A DNA stretch of 32,000 nucleotides from Cereibacter sphaeroides 2.4.1 (GCF_000012905.2 NC_007489.1:73285-105284), one strand, 5' to 3'; shown: positions 18,225 through 26,026, counted from the stretch's first letter. A program made the numbers and translations. The notes: a model not told the origin generated them from the letters alone.

Positions 18225-18710
18225 ATGCTGACCATGGATCCGGACGTTGCCTGTATTCCCGCCGTGACGGTCGAGGCGCCCGAAGGTTCCGGTGTCACTT
18301 CCCTGCTCGACTTCGTGAGCCGGTCGATCCCCTCCTCCGGGGAGGGGCAGGATGTTCCGCCCTGGCTTGCAGAGCATGGCCAGCTGGCCGTCGCGCGTGC
18401 CCGCCGGATCCTGCTCCATGGTCGAGGCCTGGAATGGGAAAGCCCGTCCTTCGCCCGCTACGTTCTCTGCCGGATGCCGGTTCCGGGACGTCTTGCCCTG
18501 AAATGGTTTCACGACCGGCCGGTCGAAAGGGCAGAGTACCTTGCCCTTCACCCTTCCGGATGTACCGCTCTTTCTGTCCTTGCGGCGTCTGGGCTGCTGA
18601 CAAGGGTAGATCGGGAACTTGAGGAAGACATGCGCCAAGGTTTCCGGGATGAGGTTCTGGTCATTCTGGGCAAGATCGTCCGCAAATACCGGGACGAGGC
18701 ACAAGGTTAG
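18225..18710 (+). CDS. Hypothetical protein (161 aa)
   Basis: An ORF with coding-like GC3 starting at ATG 18225 (MLTMDPDV). The longer track ORF from 17967 has an implausible N-terminus. No recognisable domain. Confidence 0.45.
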   Translation: MLTMDPDVACIPAVTVEAPEGSGVTSLLDFVSRSIPSSGEGQDVPPWLAEHGQLAVARARRILLHGRGLEWESPSFARYVLCRMPVPGRLALKWFHDRPVERAEYLALHPSGCTALSVLAASGLLTRVDRELEEDMRQGFRDEVLVILGKIVRKYRDEAQG

Positions 18711-19043
18711 TCCTTCCCATCGGGCCGCTTCAGGTCGCAGTTCGTCCGGTGGCGCCCGCAGTTCCGCCGCGGGGCTTCTCCGCTGGATGCGCCATGGATG
18801 AGGGATCAGCCCTCCTTCAGCGCCCTCGGCCGCGCATCAGGCCCTGGAAAGCCGAGGTTCTTCCGCATGCCGCGGGGGAGACTGGCCGGCGAAGGGGCTG
18901 CATGACGACCTGCAGCAGGCTTGTTCTCGACCCGGAACCGGTTGGGCGGGGGCGAGCATCATCAGGAAGGAGTCGGGTGGAGCAACCGAAGATGCTGGCG
19001 GTGTTCTGCAGGAGTCTTGATAAGACACTGGAAAAAAATACAT

Positions 19044-19081
19044 TTGCCAACTGGAAACGAGATTTTGGTCTGAGTTGGCAA
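19044..19081. promoter_or_regulatory. Operator-like inverted repeat overlapping the start region of the nucleotidyltransferase gene
   Basis: TTGCCAACT (19044-19052) and AGTTGGCAA (19073-19081) are perfect 9-bp inverted arms separated by 20 bp. They end 2 bp before the ATG at 19084 and are preceded by an A-rich tract. Confidence 0.4.
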
Positions 19082-19083
19082 AA

Positions 19084-20127
19084 ATGGCTTTTTTCAGCGA
19101 TCTGAGCGGAGACGCGGTCCGGGATGCGATCGATGCACGCGAACGCTACCGCCTGCTGCGGCAGGCCTTGGCCGAGCTCCGGCACAGCTACGGCGGCTCG
19201 ATGAAATTCGAGGCCCGGGGGGATGCGGATTATCTCATCCGGCGTCCTTTCCGCGGCACCGGCAGGAGGTCGTGCGGCCGACGGAGCCCGGAAACCGAGA
19301 ACATGCTGCGGAAGTTCGAGGAGGGGAAGGCCGCTGCCGAAGAGCGGGTGCAGAGCCTTCGAAAGCTGCTCGAGGAGCAGGCCCCTGTCCTGCGCGCACG
19401 GGGCCTCGGCCGGGTTCCCCTCCTGACGGCACGGGTGATCCGCAAATTCGAGGATCTGGGATGGCTCGGACGGACTCTCCTCGTACTCGGAACGAACGCG
19501 CTTTATGCCTATGAGGCGGCGGCCGCGGTCCGCATCGAGGCCGGCATGCTGGCAACCGGGGATGTCGACGTGCTTTACGATGCACGTCGGAAGCTCGTCA
19601 TGTCGGGAGAGGTGGGGGAACGGGGTCTGATCGGAGCGTTGCAGTCCGTCGACAGATCCTTCCAGCCGGTTGGGCGACGCAGCTATACAGCCGCTAACAA
19701 GGACGGCTACATGGTCGATCTGCTGGAACCCCTGGATTATGATCGCGTCATGCGACAGGGGCCGGCGCGGATGTCTGCAGCTCCGGACGACCTCGTGGCG
19801 GTTTCGACAGAGAGCAGCCGATGGCTTCTCAACGTGCCAAAGTTCTCCGCGACGACCTTTGATGAGAAAGGGCTTCCGGTCAGGATCGTGACGATCGATC
19901 CACGGGCCTTTGCGTTGCAAAAGCAATGGATCCTGGAGAACGACCCGACGCGGGACCCGGCCAAGCGCCGCCGCGATGGCGAGCAGGCCCGCCTGGTCGC
20001 GAAGCTTGCGGTGCGCCATCTGGGGCTGAGCTTCAATGATTCTGCTCTCTCGGCCCTGCCGCGGTCCTTTCTGGATCTCGCGGACCGGCTGGAGGTGCCC
20101 CCGATTGATGAGGCGCCACTCTGGTAG
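19084..20127 (+). CDS. Nucleotidyltransferase-fold protein (GSU2403 / PF12281-like)
   Basis: A pol-beta-type NTase signature is present: LGTNALYAYEAAAAV...ATGDVDVLYD (G[ST]...DxD) plus a downstream acidic GYMVDLLEP. Overall length and pattern match my recollection of the GSU2403-family NTase-fold proteins. The TTG at 19075 is an alternative start. Confidence 0.7.
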   Translation: MAFFSDLSGDAVRDAIDARERYRLLRQALAELRHSYGGSMKFEARGDADYLIRRPFRGTGRRSCGRRSPETENMLRKFEEGKAAAEERVQSLRKLLEEQAPVLRARGLGRVPLLTARVIRKFEDLGWLGRTLLVLGTNALYAYEAAAAVRIEAGMLATGDVDVLYDARRKLVMSGEVGERGLIGALQSVDRSFQPVGRRSYTAANKDGYMVDLLEPLDYDRVMRQGPARMSAAPDDLVAVSTESSRWLLNVPKFSATTFDEKGLPVRIVTIDPRAFALQKQWILENDPTRDPAKRRRDGEQARLVAKLAVRHLGLSFNDSALSALPRSFLDLADRLEVPPIDEAPLW

Positions 20128-20243
20128 TCCCGGTCGCGGCTCAGCCAAAGACATCATTGCGGTCGCCCGTAGCGAGGATGGATCCGGGACGCAGGCCACG
20201 CGCTTTCAAGCGCCAGCCGATGCTGCGCCGTCGGTCCGGATCT

Positions 20244-21026
20244 TCAGGCGAACTCGGGGGCAGCGTCGGGAAAAGTGGGGACCCTTCCGCCCCCGTCCTG
20301 CAAGGGCCTTACCTCGAACGCCTCCCGCTCGAGCGGAATGCCGTCCTTGCCGACGGGCAGGCCATCCAGATAACTGTCCGGAACCTCGCGGAGGAACGTC
20401 TCGGCGCGGTCCAGCTTTTCGAGAACGATCATCTTGATGATTCCGGCTGTCCAGCCCTCTGGCACGCCTCGCAGGCTTTCCAGTTCTTCGTTCGAAGCCG
20501 ATACGGCCCTCTGCCGGGCGTTGTTCAGCAGGGCCAAGGGAGAGAGGACGCCAAGTTTCAGAGCAGCGCCGAGAAACAGCGGGCCGAGCGGACAGTAGTT
20601 TTCCCCGATCAATGCAAGATCGAGAATATCGCGGGCCTGACGGCGCGTGGAGGCGGCCGTGACCTTGTTGACGGCAAGATCGGCCCGATGCAGGCGTAGA
20701 CCCCATGCCGGGTCCGGTTGCAGTGGAAAGAACCTCATCCGGGTCTCGCTCATCCACTGGATCTGGGTTGCCGCTCCGCCTCCCCGGACGGTGGCATCGG
20801 TACAGCCGTAGATTTCCAGGTCGATCGTCACTTCATAGCCGGCGTCTTCCAGGGAGCGGACGTCCCTCTGGACGATATCCGGGATCATCTCGTCCGTATC
20901 CGTGAGATCGTCCGATTGGCGCGACGTATGCTGGTTCAGGACGGCGCCGCCCGCAAAGTAGCTTTCGGCGCTTCGGTTGGAAGCCATGATCCGAGCGACA
21001 CGGGCCTGCAGATCCGTCAACATCAC
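20244..21026 (-). CDS. Nucleotidyltransferase AbiEii/AbiGii (DUF1814)-like putative toxin
   Basis: The N-terminal FAGGAVLNQHTSRQSDDLTDTDE resembles the GG...R.S.DLD NTase motif, although the acidic spacing is non-canonical. HRADLAVNKVTAASTRRQARDILDLALI matches the AbiEii helix (AeK..A...R...RD.yDl). Its start (GTG 21026 / ATG 21023) overlaps the stop of the upstream ORF. Confidence 0.62.
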   Translation of the reverse strand: MMLTDLQARVARIMASNRSAESYFAGGAVLNQHTSRQSDDLTDTDEMIPDIVQRDVRSLEDAGYEVTIDLEIYGCTDATVRGGGAATQIQWMSETRMRFFPLQPDPAWGLRLHRADLAVNKVTAASTRRQARDILDLALIGENYCPLGPLFLGAALKLGVLSPLALLNNARQRAVSASNEELESLRGVPEGWTAGIIKMIVLEKLDRAETFLREVPDSYLDGLPVGKDGIPLEREAFEVRPLQDGGGRVPTFPDAAPEFA

Positions 21027-21241
21027 CGAGAAATCGTCACTTCTCTTGAGCAGCGCAGGAGTTTCAGCCCAAGACGGAAGCCTGCCAGATCCGTTCGGTC
21101 CATGACCGCCGCGCCAACCACACGGAGTTGCGCCGGCAGCGGCATGCCCGACAACCGGGCCTCGGAGATGTTGTCCATGATCTCGAGGCGATAGCGGTTC
21201 ATCGCCTCTCCGAGCAATTTCTGAGGGTCGGGCTCGGGCAT
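21023..21241 (-). CDS. Small protein translationally coupled to the AbiEii-like gene (putative antitoxin)
   Basis: A 72-aa ORF from ATG 21241 (MPEPDPQKLLGEAMNRYRLEIMDN...). Its TGA overlaps the start codon of the downstream NTase (GTGATG junction). The longer 166-aa version has a low-complexity N-terminus. No family recognised. Confidence 0.4.
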   Translation of the reverse strand: MPEPDPQKLLGEAMNRYRLEIMDNISEARLSGMPLPAQLRVVGAAVMDRTDLAGFRLGLKLLRCSREVTISR

Positions 21242-21563
21242 CGTGATCGTCCGGATGCGAGATGCGGATGGCGAATATATAGGCGATCCGGCCATGTCAG
21301 ACAAAGGCAAAGGCAGCGGATCCAGGCCGCGAAGGTCGTGGCAGGGTCGCCCGAGATCGTGTCCCGGTTGGTGGGGTATCTCACCCGTAGCGCTGCCGCC
21401 CGCCCGCGCCACACGCTCGTCTCCACTGAGACCTCCTACAGCTTCTGTCGACGTGGACTTCCCGTCCGGAGGAGGCTTGTGGTGAAAATCGTGAAGGGGC
21501 GCCGGCTCCTTGGCTGCAGCCAAGCCCCGGGTTAGATTTTTTTGACTAACTTATTGAATAGTA

Positions 21564-21613
21564 TGATTTTGGTAAAATCATGGCTGTGATACTGGCATGT
21601 GATACCAAAATGA
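21564..21613. repeat. AT-rich cluster of nested palindromes and direct repeats (operator/origin-like)
   Basis: TGATTTTGGTAAAATCA (21564-21580) is a palindrome with 7-bp arms. GTGATAC is directly repeated at 21586-21592 and 21599-21605. TACCAAAATGA (21603-21613) is inverted relative to 21564-21575. All of this lies in the most AT-rich 80 bp of the window. Confidence 0.5.
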
Positions 21614-22031
21614 TGAATTACAAGGACTTAGATGCTAGGGCTGTGCGTGACCGCGGGCCGTCGGACGCTACCGTGACCATCCTGAAGCCATGCCGGTTGT
21701 CTCCGGGCCTATCCATGCCCCAAGGTTTCAGCAGGAACCCCCGCTCCTCCAGAGCCTCGGGGCGGAAGCGCCAATGGCGCCAGTCAGACTGCTGCCAGCT
21801 CCATCGGACAAGCTCTTGCATGATCGATAACCTGCGCCGTTGTCGATCATGAATAGCGCCTGAAGTGATTGATTCCCCGCGACAGAGCCCTCCGTGGTTC
21901 ACGCCCGGACGAAAAGGCCGGGATCATCGCCATCAGAGTTTCCATCTTGACAGCCGATTTGCCTCCCATCAGAATCTTCGGCATGTCCATCCAGAACGCC
22001 CACCACTCGATACGCTGATCTCCCGTTTCGG

Positions 22032-22123
22032 GGGAGGCGGCGCTGGTGCGCGGGAGGGATTTATACACCCTTAAGCGGCAGATTACCGTTCACGGGAGGG
22101 TTCGAATCCCTCGCCTCCTACCA
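22032..22123 (+). other. tRNA-like element with encoded CCA (aberrant class-II-like cloverleaf); possible pseudo-tRNA or att-site remnant
   Basis: There is a perfect T-arm GAGGG-TTCGAAT-CCCTC (22096-22112). The acceptor 3' strand GCCTCCT, then A and CCA (22113-22123), pairs with GGGAGGC (22032-22038). A short D-like hairpin GCGC-TGGT-GCGC lies at 22040-22051. The stem GAGGG/CCCTT (22054-22072) encloses a non-canonical 9-nt loop ATTTATACA. A long extra arm AGCGG-CAGATTA-CCGTT lies at 22074-22090. No canonical anticodon loop can be assigned. Confidence 0.4.
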
Positions 22124-22151
22124 ATCCCGTCTTGACTGATCATGACCATGG

Positions 22152-23345
22152 GTGGTGGTGGACGTGCCTTTTTCCGACGAAGATCTCATGCTTATGTGGG
22201 GGGCCGAAGAGCCTCTGCCGACGCCCTCCGGCTTCCGACGAGCGTGGGCGCTGATGCGGGAGATGAACGCTTCGGCGCATCATGACGACGCGCAGAGGCT
22301 GTGCTTTCTGAAACGGCCCAGCCGTCTCGAGACCTACAATTTTCTTTTCAGTCGCTCCTGTGCCGAACCGCAAGCGACCGTCAGAGAGCGGCTGCGGGCG
22401 CTGCAGCATGCCGATCCCTTGTGGGGGAACCTCGCCATGGAGGTGCGCGCACGCCTCATGCTGCTGGTCGACGATCTTTCCGAAGGGGACCTGTTTACGG
22501 GGGCCTCATTCGCTGCTGCTGCGGATCACACCGTCCCCGAGGGCCACATCCTGCTGCACACAGCTCCTGCGAAATCGGGGGAGGATCGGCGCGGCCGGGA
22601 TGCCATGCGCGAGGCGCTGGCCCGACCGAAGAGGCTTGCAGGCCCGAGGACATGCGATGAGGTGGACGACCTCTTTGCCGCTCTTTTCGCGGAGAGCCCC
22701 TGGCTTGGGCAGCCGCTCGAATGGGCCTGGCAGAGGGCCCTCGACAGTCTCAACGAGCTCGGATGGGTTCGCCTTCCGCCCTTGCTGCTGGTCGGGCCAC
22801 CCGGCTGCGGCAAGACCTGGATGGCCGAACGGCTGGCTGCACTCGCGGGCCTTCCCTGGTCGCGCCTGGAGGGGGCCAGCATGACGGCGAGCTTCCCGAT
22901 CGGGGGGAGCGATTTCCAGTGGAACTCCTCCCACCCGGGAGAGGCCGTGAGGCTCATCCATGAAAGCGGCGTGGCCAACCCTTGCGTGATTTTCGATGAA
23001 GTCGAGAAGGGACAGACGAGCTCCTCAGGGGGCGATCCTCGCCTGGCGCTCCTGCCTTTCCTGCAGCGTTCGACCGCGGCGCGATACCGCTGCCCCTACC
23101 TTCAGGCTCCGATCGATGTGAGTCACGTGACATGGATCCTGACGGCCAACGGTCTGGAGGGGCTGAGTGCGCCGCTCCTCGACCGCGTCACCGTCTTTCA
23201 GGCACGCCATCCCACCGGATCTGACCTCGAGCGGCTCGTCATGCGGATCACGGCCGAGATCGAGGACAGGCGGCTGACGCTTCGCGGCCTCGATCGCCTG
23301 AAAAACAATTTCCGGGCACTGGGACGCCGGCCGATGCTGCATTGA
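22152..23345 (+). CDS. Orphan Lon-type AAA+ ATPase (no protease domain) with a unique ~200-aa N-terminal region
   Basis: LLLVGPPGCGKTWMAE (Walker A, K221), VIFDEVEK (Walker B), GGDPRLALLPFL, VTWILTANGLEGLSAPLLDRVTVF. These are collinear with the Lon AAA+ module (LVGPPGVGKTS...FLLDEIDK...GDP.SALLEVLD...ATSN...PAPLLDRMEVI). The ORF ends about 50 aa after the arginine-finger region. No S16 protease motif occurs downstream in any frame. Confidence 0.8.
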   Translation: MVVDVPFSDEDLMLMWGAEEPLPTPSGFRRAWALMREMNASAHHDDAQRLCFLKRPSRLETYNFLFSRSCAEPQATVRERLRALQHADPLWGNLAMEVRARLMLLVDDLSEGDLFTGASFAAAADHTVPEGHILLHTAPAKSGEDRRGRDAMREALARPKRLAGPRTCDEVDDLFAALFAESPWLGQPLEWAWQRALDSLNELGWVRLPPLLLVGPPGCGKTWMAERLAALAGLPWSRLEGASMTASFPIGGSDFQWNSSHPGEAVRLIHESGVANPCVIFDEVEKGQTSSSGGDPRLALLPFLQRSTAARYRCPYLQAPIDVSHVTWILTANGLEGLSAPLLDRVTVFQARHPTGSDLERLVMRITAEIEDRRLTLRGLDRLKNNFRALGRRPMLH

Positions 23346-23849
23346 AAAGCAGATGATGATGGACCTTCGTGCAGAGCTCCTGCTGGTGCTCGTCCTGGCG
23401 CTGCAGGTGCTCGCCCATGGCTGGGGCGATGTGCGAGACTGCAGTATGAGGCCGGCAAGCCGCTGCGAAAGGCGGCGACTTTTTCCAGCCAGCTCCAGCA
23501 CGAGATCGTTCAGGCCTGCACGGGGGGAGCGGCCTTCCGAGACCATGAGGGGCTCGAACAAGCCTGTCGTCTCGCCATCGTCGGAAAGTGCCCCCTGTCC
23601 TGCTTTCTGTCCGCTTTCATGACCGCTGTGGCCTCTTCCAAAGAGCAAGCCTTATTGAACCCTTGTGGCTTTCCTGAAGGGAGTGCTTCCGCCTTGGTGG
23701 CCGGTTCGGTGTCCGCCATCACGAAGAAGAGCCATATCGCAAACAGGACGCCTCACCCCGCCTTCCAGAGGCGAAGCTGCGCCGGAGAGCGCGCTGGAAA
23801 GGGCGAGAGCCGCTCGATACGGTGACGAAGCTCAGTGTCGAGGTTCGTC

Positions 23850-24110
23850 ATGCCCGATGATGGCGTTCAGCTTGAGGTCTTCCCGACCTGTCTGCACCTG
23901 CAGCGGATCGATACTGCACGCAACCTGTGGCGCTTTTACCGAATGACGGTTCAACGGGACCTTTTCGGTCGCGTGACCCTCGTTCGGACATGGGGACGGA
24001 TCAGGACGCATGGCCGGGAGCGGGTCGACTTCCATGAAGACGAGGGCGTGGCGATCACGGCCCTCATGAAACTCGCCGAGGCAAAGCGGCGTCGGGGATA
24101 CGAGCCGTGA
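23850..24110 (+). CDS. Stand-alone WGR domain protein
   Basis: LQRIDTARNLWRFYRMTVQRDLFGRVTLVRTWGRIRTHGRE...KLAEAKRRRGY is the classic WGR pattern (RFY...LFG...WGRIGT.G...K.RRGY). The ATG at 23850 is preferred over the GTG at 23835. Confidence 0.88.
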   Translation: MPDDGVQLEVFPTCLHLQRIDTARNLWRFYRMTVQRDLFGRVTLVRTWGRIRTHGRERVDFHEDEGVAITALMKLAEAKRRRGYEP

Positions 24111-24253
24111 AGGGTGAGGCAAGTCCGCTCAGGTCCCGGAGAACCGATCCACAGCCCCTTGGACAAGCCTGCTCCACGACGACATGGGGCGATGAGAATG
24201 TCGGCGCAATCGCGGCCGTCCCGCCTGCATCCGCGACATGCGGGATCGGGATA

Positions 24254-24472
24254 TCAGGCAACCTTGCGTCGGCTGCGCCGGGCAAAGAGCTTGGACCAGT
24301 CCGCAACCGTCTCTTCGGGCAGATAGAGAAGGCCTGCGACGTCCTCGATGGACAGACCCTCGGCAAGAAGAAGCAGGGCATTGGCCATGCGAGCCTGGAC
24401 GACTTCGGGGGATTTGGCGTCCAGCGCATTTCTCAAGCTGGCGCGGTCTTCGTCGGAAAGGTCGAGAATCAT
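24254..24472 (-). pseudogene. IS630-family transposase N-terminal HTH fragment (remnant)
   Basis: MILDLSDEDRASLRNALDAKSPEVVQARMANALLLLAEGLSIEDVAGLLYLPEETVADWSKLFA matches the IS630 N-terminal HTH pattern (R.RI.LL.A.G.S...IA..L.....TV..W...F). The frame stops at 24254. A GRPR motif appears in another frame just downstream. There is no DDE domain, because the WGR gene occupies the space. Confidence 0.6.
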
Positions 24473-25020
24473 ACGGTCACTCTCTGGAGGAGAGAGTGCG
24501 CTTTGCACAGAGTGACAGCCTCTTCAAGTTGTCCCAGGCATCCTCCACAGCCCGCTTCGAGGGCTGGGTGGATGTCCCTGCGCCTTGCAGCAGACGGTAT
24601 CCCGGGCGCTGAAGATCACGGTGCAGCCGCTCACCCAGCCAGATAGTACGCGGCCATCCCTCCCAGCGTGGCGAGGCCTGGATCTCCGATTTCCGCGACA
24701 CTACGGCCAGGCCGTGCTGCCGCGGACAGGCGACGAACTTCCGCAAAGCTGACCTGGTGGCAGGATGCCCTCCTGTGGCCTCGCTGCGAAGGATATTGCA
24801 CCATTTGCTGGTAACAGTGCCCTGGCTGACCCGATCGCTGACCGGGCCTCTCAGGTCCTTCGAGATGCTCGCCAGGTCGAAGACATGAGCCGCCTCGATG
24901 GCAGGTCGCCTATCCGCGATACGAACCGGAAGCCAAGGGCCGCCGCGGCAGCTGATCCTGCGTGACGCGTGGGATCGGCTCCCGGCACTGGAATATGAGG
25001 TCGGCGACGCGACGTAGGCC

Positions 25021-25395
25021 TCAGGCGGATGGGCTGTACAGGACCGGCCCATGCGCCGAAACTTGCCCGTCCTCAGCCGGAGTTTCGTAGAGGCTGGCAT
25101 GTCCCTCCAGGAGTTCCGCGATCTCGCGCGGATCTTCCGTGAGCAGCCAATGGGCGAATTCCTCCAGGCTCGCTTCCGCCAGCAGGGCCTGCTGCTGGGG
25201 CGTCGGAGCGATCCAGATCGCAAGTGCCAGGAGGGCCACAGCCCGCCGCGGCTCGCTCGCGGCCGACAGTGGCGCTACGAAACTGACCCCGGCGTGCCGT
25301 TCCAGTTCCCGGGCGGCATCCAGAGCCCATCCCTCGATGAGGGGGAGCCTGACCGCGCCGGGCTCCGGAGGTGTGTCCTTGAGATTGCGTATCAT
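25021..25395 (-). CDS. Hypothetical protein, paralog 1 of a pair (124 aa)
   Basis: It shares GWAL.AA.E.E...G....APL.AA...RRA and EFA.WLLTEDP.EIA..L.G blocks with the ORF at 26784..27338, roughly 40-45% identity by eye over about 85 aa. No family recognised. Confidence 0.6.
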   Translation of the reverse strand: MIRNLKDTPPEPGAVRLPLIEGWALDAARELERHAGVSFVAPLSAASEPRRAVALLALAIWIAPTPQQQALLAEASLEEFAHWLLTEDPREIAELLEGHASLYETPAEDGQVSAHGPVLYSPSA

Positions 25396-26026
25396 TCAGG
25401 TCCGATCTGTATAAGTGCGTCCACCGCCCGAACGCCGGAAGCCGCTTCCGGTTGCCGCATTCGAGCCGATATTTCTGCTCCCGCCCCATTCGCATGTCCG
25501 GGAACTGCTTCTCCAGGGCGCCCGATGGAGAAATTGCCGAAGGGGCTCTGCAGCCCTTGACATCAGATTAGGCAGAACGCCGGCCAGTCGAAAGATGAAC
25601 TTACCGCAGCTTGACATTGGTCGGATCAAGGGGATTCGGTCCCGCCGCAGCGTTCCAGAGCCGTCCGGACCTTACGGAATTCCGTGTCCTTTCTACATCA
25701 TCAGGGTGTTTTCCCGAGGGCTGCGGCTCACAGACTCTCCCAAAGCCGGTCTCTCCGGCAGGGAATTCCGGTCTCTTAGGTTTTCAGCGACCGTCCTTCG
25801 GGGCAAATCTCTACCGATTGAAATATCTCGTCGACAAAGGAGACAATGATCTGAAACTAAAGCTTTGCCATATTTCGTCCATGAAGCTCATAAATCGTCC
25901 TGGCCATCTTTAGGTTATATGTTGCCTTCCCGCCTCAATACTTTTGCGCTCCTTCAAATTCCCCAAGAGCGGTAGAGTATCGCCCTGCTTTTCCCCGGAA
26001 AGCGTGAAGTGGATGGTGAAAGTATC

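Noticed and set aside
18817-20199. 460-aa ORF antisense to the GSU2403-like nucleotidyltransferase
   Set aside because: Shadow ORF. The sense frame has the NTase signature and a sensible start.
21618-22068. Minus-strand ORFs (94 aa and 73 aa) between the AT-rich repeat cluster and the tRNA-like element; considered as an integrase or transposase remnant
   Set aside because: I could not match any recombinase or transposase motif (no R..H..RH.Y, DDE or serine-recombinase pattern). Coding status is unsupported.
22052-22123. Alternative 72-nt canonical-length tRNA fold with anticodon-like loop CAGATTA (GAT, Ile)
   Set aside because: The loop has A instead of U at position 33, the D-arm cannot form and lacks the GG, and acceptor pair 7:66 is G-G. 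It is not a functional-looking tRNA-Ile, so I report only the tRNA-like element.
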